A stretch of DNA of 64,000 bases from Octopus vulgaris (taxonomy: Eukaryota): assembly GCA_951406725.2 (NCBI GenBank), contig OX597838.1, positions 27,590,001 to 27,654,000 on the forward strand, written 5' to 3'. A program made the translations under genes and the position numbers. Below the pieces are notes generated by a model, which searched no databases, was not told the origin of the DNA, and saw nothing but the letters and a program-made list of their open reading frames with translations. Shown in pieces: positions 1-12,276 of this stretch (position 1 is its first letter; every line of letters begins with the position of its first letter).

Positions 1-352
1 TCAGTTTCCGTCAACCAAATCCACTCACAAGGCTTTGGTCAGCCCAAGGTTATTCTAGGAGACATTTCAAGGTGCCATGCAGTGGGACTGAACCCGGAAC
101 CATGTGGTTGGTAAGCAAGCTACTTACCACACAGCCACAACAACAAGCCTATATATATCAACTTCGTTTGTATTAATTTTAGAAATAACGATGAATTTAG
201 TTGAGTAAACTTGTCGTCATTCAGCTGATGTTAGGAATATGAATGAGAATGGAATTTTCATGGCAGGTTTGGAAGTAGAATGTTTCTATTATAGAACTCG
301 GGAGCAGTTTCAGGCAGGTTAATATCAAACAGGAAAATAGAATTCAAAATAT

Positions 353-425
<73 letters not shown>

Positions 426-430
<5 letters not shown>

Positions 431-650
431 CTTTACTACCCACAAGGGGCTAAACACAGAGGGGACAAGCAAGGACAGACTAAGGGATTAAGTCGATTAC
501 ATCGACCCCGGTGCGTAACTGGTACTTAATTTATCGACCCCGAAAGGATGAAAGGCAAAATCGACCTCGGCGGAATTTGAACTCGGAACGTAACGACAGA
601 CGAAATACGGCTACGAATTTCGCCCGGTGTGCTAACGTCTCTACCAGCTC

Positions 651-653
<3 letters not shown>
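426..653 (-). mobile_element. tRNA-derived Meta-domain SINE (family B)
   Basis: Reverse complement of GGCGAGCTGG...GAGTTCAAATTCCGCCGAGGTCGA...GCCTTTCATCCTTTCGGGGTCGATAAATTAAGTACCAG...; many near-identical copies in the window. Confidence 0.85.
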
Positions 654-691
<38 letters not shown>

Positions 692-1579
692 TTTCTCAGC
701 TCACGAGCTGTGGCCATGCTGGGGCACCGTCATTTCACTCTGGCTATGCTGGAGCAGTGCCTTGAGGGGTTTCAGTCGAATAAATCAACTCCAGGACTTA
801 TTTTTTGAGCCTTGTACTTATTCTATCAGTCTCTTTTACTGAACCACTAAGTTATGGGAGACAAATACTATCACCAGTTGTCAAGTGGTGACGGGGCGAG
901 TCAAAACACAAGCACAAACACACACACACACATATAGATATATATACATACATACATACACACATACACACATATATATATATACATACATACGCACACA
1001 CATATAGATATATACATACATACGCACACACATGCACACACACACATATATGTACATGATGGGCTTCTATCAAATCCACCCACAAGGCTTTGGTTGGACC
1101 AAGGCTATAGTAGATGATACAGTGAGACTGAACCTGGAACTATGTGGTTGGGAAACAAGCTTCTTACCCCTCAGCCGCTCCCAAGGATTCATTAGAATCT
1201 AGGCACATCAACATGCAGGATGCCAGAAATGGCTAGGCATGATAACATAGAATTCACAGTGAGGTAAACAACATTGAAGACATGCCATAGATATGCAAGT
1301 ACCAAATCCAATTTAAACAGTAGAGCCACCTCTGTTGTGGGTCCTTGGTGTGGCTTAGATGTGTTTACTTGTGGGTGTGTGTGCATATTTTGCATTAAAT
1401 GAAGAATTAGTGATGAGTTTAAAGTCTATAAATAATAATTGGGACATGTATGCCCTAGGGTTTATATGCCCCAATATTAGATCATTTCCTATTGCCAATA
1501 CATGGTGGACTCTTATGAGCTTATAATTACTTTTACAGAATGGCATTCAAAGTTACCCCAACTGCAGAACGGGGTGCTA

Positions 1580-2140
1580 CTACATGGTGCCAAAGATTCC
1601 AACATCACCATCAAATACAGGACCAAATACTGCAACAGCTTGGGTTTCAGAGGACCACAGCTCTTTAACATCTTCCCTAAATGCCTGAGAGAATTGCATG
1701 GTGTGGATGTGGGTTTCTTTAAAACTAAACTGGATCTCTTCTTGTCGGGGGTCCCAGATGAACCTACCTCACAACAGGAGACACAGATGCGGGCAGCGGC
1801 ATCGAACTCCCTTGTTGACCAAGTGCCACGTATCAGAGGTGGATTCACATATTAGTGTAGCTCATTCAGTGGTGGTGCCCCATGACAGGAGACACAGATG
1901 CGGGCAGCAGCATCGAACTTCCTTGTTGACCAAGTGCCACGTATCAGAGGTAGATTCACATATTAGTGTAGCTCATTCAGCGGTGATGCCCCACGACAGG
2001 AGACACAGATGCGGGCAGCGGCATCGAACTCCCTTGTTGACCAAGTGCCACGTATCAGAGGTAGATTCACATATTAGTGTAGTTCATTCAGTGGTGGTGC
2101 CCCAGCATGGCCGCAGCCTTCGGGCTAAAACATTTTTAAG
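1580..2140 (+). mobile_element. 5'-truncated CR1/L2-group LINE 3' end with 3x111-bp terminal tandem duplication
   Basis: ORF2-like C-terminus YCNSLGFRGPQLFNIFPKCLRE...FKTKLDLFLSGVPDEP...RAAASNSLVDQ; repeat units start at 1774, 1885 and 1996. Confidence 0.8.
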
Positions 2141-2263
2141 GATTTAGAATATTTATAAGTATTTAATTGGCTGAAGTTTTAGAGTCTGTAACTTCTGCCG
2201 ATTAATTAAAGAAAATATATAAATTATATAACTCATCTTCATTATCATGATTTAATGTCCACT

Positions 2264-2605
2264 CGAACTTTAGGCCTCACTGAGGAAATGACCAGCGACC
2301 GAGACCTTTGGAAATATGCTGTACGTGAGAAGACCAGGCAGGACAAGTGAGCCCAGCCCACTTATGCATGCCTTTCCTCCCTTGGACACAAAGACCTGTT
2401 GAGGCACCAGCCTCGCCTGGCACCTGTGCGGGTGGCACGTAAAAAGCACCCACTACACTCACGGAGTGGTTGGCGTTAGGAAGGGCATCCAGCTGTAGAA
2501 ACATTGCCAGATAAGACTGGAGCCTGGTGCAGCCTTCTGGCTTCCCAGATCCCCGGTCGAACCGTCCAACCCATGCTAGCATGGAGAACAGACGTTAAAC
2601 GATGA
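2264..2605 (+). mobile_element. RTE-clade LINE 3' end (ORF C-terminus plus 3' UTR)
   Basis: RTLGLTEEMTSDRDLWKYAVREKTRQDK* at 2264-2350, then a UTR containing GTGGCACGTAAAAAGCACC and GGTTGGCGTTAGGAAGGGCATCCAGC that recurs many times in the window. Confidence 0.75.
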
Positions 2606-3668
2606 ACAATTTCCATGCAGTTTCTATGAGTCTGGCAGAATTTTCTACAACCAGATGCTCTTCCACTTGCCAACCCTTGCTTGCTTCCTACCAAAATAAT
2701 ATACACAAACACACAGACAATCTTTCAGTTTCTGGTTTGTACCTACCAAATGCACTCACAAGGCTTTGGTTGGCCCCAGGCTATAGTTGTAGACACTTGC
2801 TTATGGTTCTGTGCAGTAGAACTGAACCAAATACTTCATGGTTGGGAAGCAAGCTTATAATGACACAGCCACGACTATGCCTTTAATATTCACTATAAAT
2901 GTAAGTGATCTTTGCTCATGTTCCATGTGTCTATGTATTGGCTCAAGTACATCTTTTGGAGATGGCAAAAGTTTGCCAGCATTCCTCAACATATAAAGTT
3001 GAACGAAATGCCCTTAAAGATTTTGCCTGTTGTAGTAATGATTCTGCCAGTTCACTGCCTTACAGAGACCCCAATATTGGCTTGTCTTTTGTGTAGGTTT
3101 GAACCTTAGTTTTTCCAGTGTGCAGACGTTTTTATTGCTTGGAAAAGTGACTATGAAAATGATGACGGTGATGACAATGATGATATGTATTGACTTTCTG
3201 TATGCATGTCAGGTTGTTTTTTAACAAGTTTTATAAAGTTGTGTATATTTTAACAAATTGTAATGTTCAAGCTGGTTGTTTATATTGAATGCTTAACCAA
3301 GCATGTGTGTGTATGTGTGTGTGTGTGTTATTAACTTATATTTTTAATATGCTACATGTTTAACATACTGTATGTTTGACATGCTGTAAATTTAACAAGT
3401 TGTGTGTGTTTTCACAGGCTATCTATATTTTAGTTGTTTTGTCTCCGGGTCATTGCTGATTGAACATTCTTGCCATAATTCCCTTTCTTTTCTTTTTATA
3501 TTGGTTGTATACTGTCAATCTAACGTGAACGTGACAGTAGGGGGTTACACCACCGCTGTTTAGCCCTAGGAAGCATCGACGCTTCCTGCTGGCTTCGACA
3601 CATTTTTCCTGTGTCCTTATATACATTTACGAAGGGGAGACAAACACCCCCAGCAGCCAGGCCTGCAT

Positions 3669-3713
3669 CTAGAGACACGCATGTTTCAGGATCATTGTCC
3701 ATCATCGGTCTAG
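3669..3713 (-). ncRNA. Type I hammerhead ribozyme fold (U4C core variant)
   Basis: Minus strand: CUAGA-CCGAUGA-U-GGA caauga UCC-U-GAA-ACAU gc GUGU-C|UCUAG. Stems I, II and III all pair; GUC cleavage triplet. Confidence 0.8.
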
Positions 3714-4667
3714 GGTAGCAGACGCCCGCCAGCTGTTGATATCTGTCCCGATTCGCAAATGTATATATCTAATTTTCAGTGAAGTTTATTTGCTGATTAC
3801 CAAAATCAGAAATATGGCTCTTTTTATATTATTATATCCTTAATGCATCCACATCATGCAATGTCCTTTTTTTAAAAAAATGTTACAGTTCTATGGAGAC
3901 TCGACATCTGTTTGTAGCAGTAAATGTGACCACACAGAGGTTCTTTCATGGGATTAAAAGCTGTGTTTTTACAGGTTGTGCGTAGTGCTAAAGGGGTCAG
4001 TCAGGTGATGATAAACCAAGTCTGTTAGGTGGAATATAGTTCCTGCTGAGCTTTTTTTCTTCACTTCTATCTCATACTGAAGTTAAGAGGTGTGACCCAT
4101 TGGTCAGAATGTTGCACTCACAATCGCATGTAGTGGTTTCAATTCCTGACCCAGGCAGTATGTTGTGCTCTTCAACAAAACACTTCCTTTCACGTTAGTC
4201 TAGTCCTCACAGCTGTAAATGAGTGCTCTTGCAGTGGACCAACATCTTGTTTAGGGGCCATGTGTTGATGATCTCATTCACTTACACTCCATCGAAACCA
4301 GGTAACCAGCCTTGTGAGTCCTAAAGTAAAACAATGTAAAGTTACCTTCTCCAGTCACATCAGCTCATAAGGGCCAGTTTCCGTGGCGTATAAATTCCCT
4401 TCATGGACAGGATGCCAGTCCATCGTAGTATTACTTATGTTTGCCAGCTGAGTGGACTGGAGCAATCTGAAATGAAGTGCTTTGCTCAAAAACACAACAC
4501 GTTACCCAGTCCAGGAATCAAAACCACTATCTTATGATCATGAGTCCAGCACCCTAACCACTAAGCCATGTGCCTCCTCTATGAATGCTAAGACTTGAAA
4601 CAGTAATGTTCAGGGGTTGATGCTGTTGTAGCCATAATATCTCATACAGGTTCAAAATTTCCCTATT

Positions 4668-4711
4668 ACACCTGATGAAGGCTGGAAGGTATATCAGCCA
4701 AAATGCTGTGT
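4668..4711 (+). ncRNA. Degenerate hammerhead ribozyme motif (Penelope-like remnant)
   Basis: ACAC-CUGAUGA-A-GGCUG...CAGCC-aaaa-ugcu-GUGU. Stems I and II are intact, but GAAA and the cleavage site are mutated. Confidence 0.55.
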
Positions 4712-4762
4712 TAACAACAAACAAGATGAGGATAAATATCCATCAAATGTAAATAATGTGAA

Positions 4763-4938
4763 GGCGTAGGAGTGGCTGTGTAGTAAGTAGCTTGTTTACC
4801 AACCACATGGTTCTGGGTTCAGTCCCACTGCGTGGCACCTTGGGCAAGTGTCTTCTTCTATAGCTTCGGGCCGACCAAAGCCTTGTCAGTGGATTTGGTA
4901 GACAGAAACTCAAAGAAGCCCGTCGTATATATGTATGC

Positions 4939-4970
<32 letters not shown>

Positions 4971-5188
4971 TTGTGTCTGTGTTTGTCTCCCTAGCATTGC
5001 TTGACAACCAATGCTGGTGTGTTTATGTCCCCTTAACTTAGCGGTTCGGCAAAAGAGACCGATAGAATAAGTACTTGGCTTGCAAAGAATAAGTCCCGGG
5101 ATCGATTTGCTCGACTAAAGGCGGTGCTCCAGCATGGCCGCAGTCAAATGACTGAAACAAGTAAAAGAGTAAAGAGTAAAAAAGAGTA
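4763..5188 (+). mobile_element. tRNA-derived CORE-type SINE (family A), full length
   Basis: A-box TGGCTGTGTAG, B-box GGTTCAGTCC, CORE-like ACCTTGGGCAAGTG, internal (TA)/(TG) tract, 3' GGCGGTGCTCCAGCATGGCCGCAGTCAAATGACTGAAAC and (GTAAAAGA)n tail. Confidence 0.9.
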
Positions 5189-5694
5189 ATGTAAATAATA
5201 TAATATCTCATAGTTGCAATATCTGGAAATGGGGTAATTTTAACAGGTTTATTTGCTTGTGATGCACATACACCTATATGAAGACGAAGCGTTTCATGGT
5301 GACCCAATGCCACATTAAGGGCTGTCATTGATTTTTATTCATTTCCATTTGTTATCTATTAAACTGGCTCTGGTAATTTATAATTGGAAGGATAAGCAAT
5401 TAACAAATTTACCATTACAACTCTCAGATTCCTTCAATTCAAATTAATTTGTCAGCAATGAGATCAACAGTCTTTTAATTAACGTGTTAATATGTAAGCC
5501 ATAAAAGCATCATAATTACTACTTCAATTAACCAGGTCCAGAAGGATGTTTGATCCAATCATTAAGACTCTATCCACTCTTTTTATAGCTACCCTTTGAA
5601 GACCATTGCAGTATAATTTAAGATGCTATCTGCCTCTTTATAGCTGCCCTCCATAGATCCCAGCAGTATGAATTTCTGAAATGTTACCAGATAC

Positions 5695-6103
5695 ACTCTC
5701 TTTTTACTCTTTAACTTGTTTCAGTCATTTGACTGCGGCCATGCTGGAGCACCGCCTTTAGTCGAGCAAATCGAACCCAGGACTTATTCTTTGTAAGCCT
5801 AGTACTTATTCTATCGGTCGCTTTTGCCGAACCACCAAGTGGCGGTGATGAAAACACACCAGCATCGGTTGTCAAGCGATGTTGGCTGGGGGGGACAAAC
5901 ATAGACACACAAACATATATACACATATATATTCATATATATGATGGGCTTCTTTCAGTTTCCGTCTACCAAATCCACTCACAAGGCTTTGGTCGACCTG
6001 AGGCTATAGTAGAAGACACTTGCCCAAGGTGCCACGCAGGGGGACTGAACCTGGAACCATGTGGTTCGTAAACAAGCTACTTACCACACAGCCACTCCTA
6101 CGC
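5695..6103 (-). mobile_element. SINE family A
   Basis: Reverse complement of 4763-5188. Confidence 0.9.
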
Positions 6104-6359
6104 ATTTTATTTGCATTTCATTTGCACTTTCATTGCTAGACTTTGTCAAAGAGTGGTTCATGGATGGTTGATCCAGTTGGATTAAAATTCAAGGTCCATA
6201 AAAAAAAACATATTCTTCTAAGTGATTAAAATTCTTCTCTCTGGGTTTCTTATCAAAAGCCATCAAATTTGTTTCGTCCCAAATCAACTCAGATCCAGCA
6301 AATATATGATCAAACCAAGATTAAGATTATTCCATATTATCTTTCTTTGTTCTTATTAC

Positions 6360-6651
6360 CTTACTTATTCTATCGGTCACTTTTGCCAAACCGCTAAGTT
6401 ATGGGGACGTAAACACACCAGCACCAGTTGTCAAGCAATGCTAGAGGGACAAACACAGACACACAAACATACATATATATATATATATATACGACAGGCT
6501 TCTTTCAGTTTCCATCTACCAAATCCACTCAAAGGCATTGGTCGGCCCAGAGCAATAGTAGAAGACACTTGCCCAAGATGCCACGCAGTGGGACTGAACC
6601 CGGAACCATGTGGTTGGTTAGCAAGCTACTTACCACACAGCCACTCCTGCG

Positions 6652-6653
<2 letters not shown>
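6360..6653 (-). mobile_element. SINE family A, 3'-truncated
   Basis: Same head and CORE region as other family A copies. Confidence 0.85.
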
Positions 6654-6709
<56 letters not shown>

Positions 6710-6892
6710 CATATATATGATGGGCTTCTTTCAGTTTCCGTCTACCAGTTTCTTTGTTCTGGGTTTCTTTTTTTCCAGATATAGTGTATCTAAGACTACA
6801 TCAACCAGTGTGTCACTATTTGTTGGTAATATGTGATTTGAAGGAGATCTAACTGTTATTTCTAGGCTTCTTCTTTGCCTATAAAGAAATTC

Positions 6893-7340
6893 GGTGAGCT
6901 GGCAGAATTGTTAGCATGCTGGGCAAAATGCCCAGCTGCATTTTGTCCATCTTAACATTTCTGAGTTTGACTTTGCCTGTCACCCCTTCGGGGTCGGTAA
7001 AATAAATACCAATTTCTTTACTACCCACAAGGGGCTAAACACAGAGAGGACAAACATGGACAGACAAACGGATTAAGTCGATTATATCGACCCCAGTGTG
7101 TAACTGGTACTTATTTAATCGACCCCGAAAGGATGAGAGGCAAAGTCGATCTCGGCGGAATTTGAACTCAGAACGTAGCGACAGACGAAATACCACTAAG
7201 CATTTCGCCCGGCGTGCTAAAGTTTCTGCCAGCTCGCCGCCAGTAAAATAAATACCAGTTGAGCACTGGGGTCAATGTAATTGACTTAACCCTCCGCCTG
7301 AATATTCTGGCCATGTACCAAAATTTGAAGCCAACATTCA
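6893..7340. mobile_element. Old + strand family B SINE with a younger - strand family B copy (7012-7241) nested inside
   Basis: 15-bp TSD GTAAAATAAATACCA at 6997-7011 and 7243-7257. Confidence 0.85.
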
Positions 7341-7719
7341 GGTATGTGCACCCAAGTTCCAGAATTCTTCATTCGCCTTCTACAAGCCATATGTGGTGGT
7401 GGGAGGGATGACTGCTGGTTTATAATGAACATCACAGGTAATTCATATGGTTTCAGGTTTAAGGTTTGCAGTAGTTTGAAGGGGTACAGTCTGGAGGTTA
7501 AGTCATAAGGTTGTGCTTTCAATTTCCAAACTGAGAGGCACATTGTGTCCTTGAATAAAACACTTTATTTTACTGAAAATTATCACTAGCAACAGCTGGA
7601 GGAAGTTAACATTGTAATGGACTGCCATCCCATCCAGGGAGAGAGTACTGCACCCTGTCAGTTATACACCACAGAAACCAGTTATAAGCTCAAACCTAAT
7701 GATCCTGTAGGGTCGTGAT

Positions 7720-8080
7720 AGACGACGCCGTGGTGATCTCAGTCTCGCTCACAACCTCATAAGCAGAAAGTGTAAGCTCTCGATAGAGCTATTCTTCACT
7801 CCTGCTCCAGAGCGTCGGCTGCAGGGTCACTCCGAAAAGCTCTATCTGCAGCGATTTCATCTCAATCGAAGGAGAGGGGCTTTCTCCATCCGGGTTGCGG
7901 ATCCGTGGAATAAGCTGCCGGACAAGATAGTGAAGATGCCGACAACCGCTCGGTTCAAAGTCTCTCTTGACCAGAAATGGCCTGAACTCTTTGCATGAAC
8001 ACCCTCACTGTACATAACCCCATGTCCCCTCACATGGCCTTGCTTTTTGCTTTTTGAGCCAAAAAATTAACTTAACTTAA
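7720..8080 (+). mobile_element. CR1-clade LINE 3' end
   Basis: Open frame RRRRGDL...RLQGHSEKLYLQRFHLNRRRGAFSIRVADPWNKLPDKIV...FKVSLDQKWPELFA* (7720-7998), typical of a CR1 ORF2 C-terminus; (TTAAC)n tail. Confidence 0.85.
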
Positions 8081-9458
8081 GATCTGTGATACATAATGAA
8101 GACTAATGTTTTTTTAAGACATTAGTCATTCCAGCAATGACAGACGAAACCAGATCTATAAACTTCATGTTTTTCTTGGTTAACTCACCATCTTCATTCA
8201 AGATGTCCACAACATGTTTGGAGATATTTCTGCCATCACTCTGTCCTCTTCCTCCTCTATCTGTCTGTTTGTCTCTTCTATAGGATGTTTGCTGCTCGTT
8301 GCTTGCCAACTGTTGCTATTGACGCTGGGCCTTATGTTAAACAATAGGGACTGTATGATAATTTATGAACCGGGATTTATGTCCGGCTTTCTATACGTAC
8401 TAATTATTGATTCTTGGGTGGGTGGGGGAGAAAAAAAGAATGTTTGGTTTTGTGCAGCTGTGAGTCAGCTGTGTGCATGCATGTATGCATGCGATGTGCG
8501 TGCATGTGTGTGTACATATTGTGTGTGCTTGTCTGTTAGTGACTAGCTGTAAATTCATACCATGGTTCCAGTGCAGGTATCAGGACGGGGTCGGTGGCTA
8601 CTAATGATCTTGAATAAATATGAATCAGAGGAAGAAATAGAAACACATGCAGATACACACGCACACACAGATGCACATGCACACACATGTGCGTTTATAT
8701 GCATATGCAGCACTTCTCTGCATGTATGTACAACTCTTCTCCACAAACGAACAAAGGAGCCTGTTTATCGGCAGTCACTCAGCTTGCTAGAAATAGCAGC
8801 TAAATCTCTCCTAAACCACATCTAAGTGTCCTAAAGAAGATACAGGGGATAATGCTGTGTAGGATATATTAAAAATAAAATAAAATAAAATAAAAAGGGT
8901 GCAGCTATCATAACCAAGGCATTTTCAATCACAGGATTATTCAATCTGGTTTGATTTGTAATTGAATAACAATGGCACTTTGTCACAATCAAGTGTACAG
9001 GCATTTTGTTCACACACACATTTCTTTTATTTGTATCATTCATTGGACTGCAGCTATACTGAATTACTGCCTTGAAAGATTGTTGACCAAATCAGAGACC
9101 CCCAGTAATTATTACAAGCGAGTAGGGAAAGTGTCGAGCTGTGGGGGTCCCCATAGCCCTGTCTCAGCAAGAACTATTTGACCTCTTTAGTGTAGGTGCC
9201 CTGAGAAAAATCTACCCAATACAATGGTATGAGTTGGATGGTTTGACCAGAGCTGCACCAGGCTTCAGTCTGATTTGGCATGGTTTCTACAGCTGGATGC
9301 CCTTCCTAACGCCAACCACTTTACAGAGGGTGCTGGGTGCTTTTACATGGCACTGGCACAGGCTTCTTGGAGGCCAATCCTCTTTGCCAGGTGGGGTGGA
9401 CTTAATGCTTCTGCTGTGGAGTATGAGATGAGAAAGAAAGGGAGGGTCAAAACATCAC

Positions 9459-9522
<64 letters not shown>

Positions 9523-9717
9523 AATAGCTTTGCGGAAACCATGGTACGCTTTGTTTTCTGACTTTATAATCATTTTATAATCATCTTATAATCATCTCAT
9601 AATAATGACTTTTATTACTACCTCAGTCAATCTAAATGCATATATTTGTCGTTACCTGTCATAAAAAACCTTTTTTTTATTTATAATGTGCATTTTCGTT
9701 GATTTTTCATATTTTAC

Positions 9718-9775
<58 letters not shown>

Positions 9776-10610
9776 GTTATATACAGACCCTCATCAGTTG
9801 TTCTATTAATAACATTCTTGTCTGTCTCTCTGTCTGTCTCTCTCAGATTTAACAAAACTGGAAAAGAGTCTTAGTTACTGGGCCATAATCATCATTGACT
9901 CTCCTTTAGACGAATTGGTCACGCTAGCTGAATATGTCAGTAAAACTCTAATATAGGAGATTGTTCATTTTTGGAACTTGAAGCAGCACTTTTAAATCTG
10001 GTGTTACTTCAAGTTATTTTAAGACCAGCCAAAGATATAACAAAAAGAAGAAGATAAAAAAAAAATAGAAAGGAAGGAAGGAAAGAAAGAAAGGAAATGA
10101 GTAAGCTGAAGATTGATGTAAATAAAAATAGATAAATTTATTTTTTCAGAAATAACAAATAAGGAAATCTAAATTTTTTCTGACATTATTATCATTATAG
10201 GAAACACAAGTTTCTAGACAGCAATCGACTGGATATTTGATAGATTTTGACAGCAACAGTGATATATCTTCTATGTTTATATAACTTGACTTTAAATTGG
10301 GAACCTAGTTTTTCTGCTAGATTTGCACATCATGTTTAGGTTTTAAGTTGAATCACTCTGTACAGTTATCTTCTGTTTGTGATGAATTTAGAAAGAAAAC
10401 ATATTTAACCCTTCGGTATGTAAACTGGCCACATATTGCTCAAATATTCTATCTGTGTTATGTTCAAACTGGCCTGATCTAACTTCTCACACCGACCCTA
10501 CAATGTCATTCTAAAAATAAGGGGACATCATTGAAATCTCAAAGCTGCAAGATAATGTACATGATATGATTAATTCAAAACAATCTGAATAAATAAGCAA
10601 TTTATTTTAA

Positions 10611-10831
10611 CCCTTTCGTTACTGTATTTATTTTGAGATGGTCTGTATTTCTTTTAATTATGTTAAATATAACAAACAATTTAGTGAAATAACTTAGTTA
10701 TCATTAAACTTATTGTTAGGAACATAAATTGTGACTAAGGTTTGGTGGAAGATTTTAATTCAAAACTTATGAAAACAAGACATTTGTACTCAAAGCCAGA
10801 GGTGGTTTCAGCCGAGTTGGTAATGAAAGGG
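10611..10831. mobile_element. TTAA-flanked MITE (piggyBac-like)
   Basis: TTAA|CCCTTTCGTTAC ... GTAATGAAAGGG|TTAA. Confidence 0.8.
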
Positions 10832-11359
10832 TTAACTTTATATATTTTAATGAAACAGTTGAGCTTGGCTCTTTCTAACAAGTAAACTCTATTCTAGCCC
10901 CAGTTTGAGTCATTTGACTGCGGCCATGTTGGAGCAACGCCTTTAGTCGAGCAACTCGACTTCGGGACTTATTCTTTGTAAGCCCAGTACTTATTCTATC
11001 GGTCTCTTTTGCCGAACCGCTAAGTGACGGGGACGTAAACACACCAGCATCGGTCATCATGCTTGACAACTGCATATCGTTCTCAATTCTTGCACAAAAT
11101 TTATTTTTTGTTATCAACATTGCTATAGCCCTTCACTCGACATGCTAAATGGATGGGAGCAACAAAAGGCTCTCCATGCATTTTCTAGACACACAAGTAG
11201 CATTTAGTCAGTTTGTGATTACTTCAAGACTCCATTGTCTTTTACTCCCTACAGTTTCTCTTGCATTCTCCTTCCTCACCAGTTTGAGAATTTCTCTGTT
11301 ACAATATTGGATGACAGATGCTATGATATCCGTTCCAGAACTCTGCACTGTGTCTTTAA

Positions 11360-11571
11360 CCCTTTAGCATTCAGATTATTCTGTTAAATGTCATCTAATC
11401 TTTATCTATTCACATTGCTCTGAATTAATTATGAAATATTTTGTAGCCTCAAGTGTTTGATCATGTGGTAGTTTATTTTTAGAATGACATTGTAGGGTAG
11501 GTGTAAGTAGCCAGACTCGGCCAGTCATACTATAAAGCAGGTGGAATATGGCCTGTCTAAATGCTAAAGGG
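11360..11571. mobile_element. TTAA-flanked MITE (piggyBac-like, second family)
   Basis: TTAA|CCCTTTAGCATTCAGA ... TCTAAATGCTAAAGGG|TTAA; relatives near 10410, 12330-12476, 25629-26057 and 37945-38140. Confidence 0.8.
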
Positions 11572-11815
11572 TTAAACTGGCTATATCCAGCCCAAATGTC
11601 TACTTGTTTGACCCTTTTGATACCAGCCCAGCTGAAACCACCTCTGACTCTGTAGTACAAATGTCTTGTTTTCAAAAGTTCTGAATTAAAATCTTCCACC
11701 AAACCTTAGTCATAATTTATGTTCCTAACACTAGCTTAATGATAATTAAGTTATTTTACTAAATTCTTTGTTATATTTAAAATTAATTCAAAGAGACATA
11801 GAACAAAGAAACATA

Positions 11816-11986
11816 GGCGCAGGAGTGGCTGTGTGGTAAGTAGCTTGCTTACCAACCATATGGTTCCGGGTTCAGTCCCACTGCGTGGCATCTTGGGCAA
11901 GTGTCTTCTGCTATAGCCCCGGGCCAACCATTACCTTATGAGTGGATTTGGTAGACGGAAACTGAAAGAAGCCTGTCGTATATATG

Positions 11987-12063
<77 letters not shown>

Positions 12064-12276
12064 ATGTTTGTGTGTCTGTGTTTGTCCCCCTAGCATTGCT
12101 TGACAACCGATGCTGGTGTGTTTACGTCCCCATCACTTAGCGGTTCGGCAAAAGCAACTGATAGAATAAGTACTGGGCTTACAAAGAATAAGTCCAGGGG
12201 TCGATTTGCTCGACTAAAGGCGGTGCTCCAGCATGGCCGCAGTCAAATGACTGAAACAAGTAAAAGAGTAAAAGAG
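11816..12276 (+). mobile_element. SINE family A, inserted in a TTAA MITE
   Basis: Full-length copy; the flanks continue MITE sequence. Confidence 0.9.

Noticed and set aside
8214-8546. 110-aa hydrophobic ORF
   Set aside because: No recognisable homology; runs into (TG)-rich repeat.
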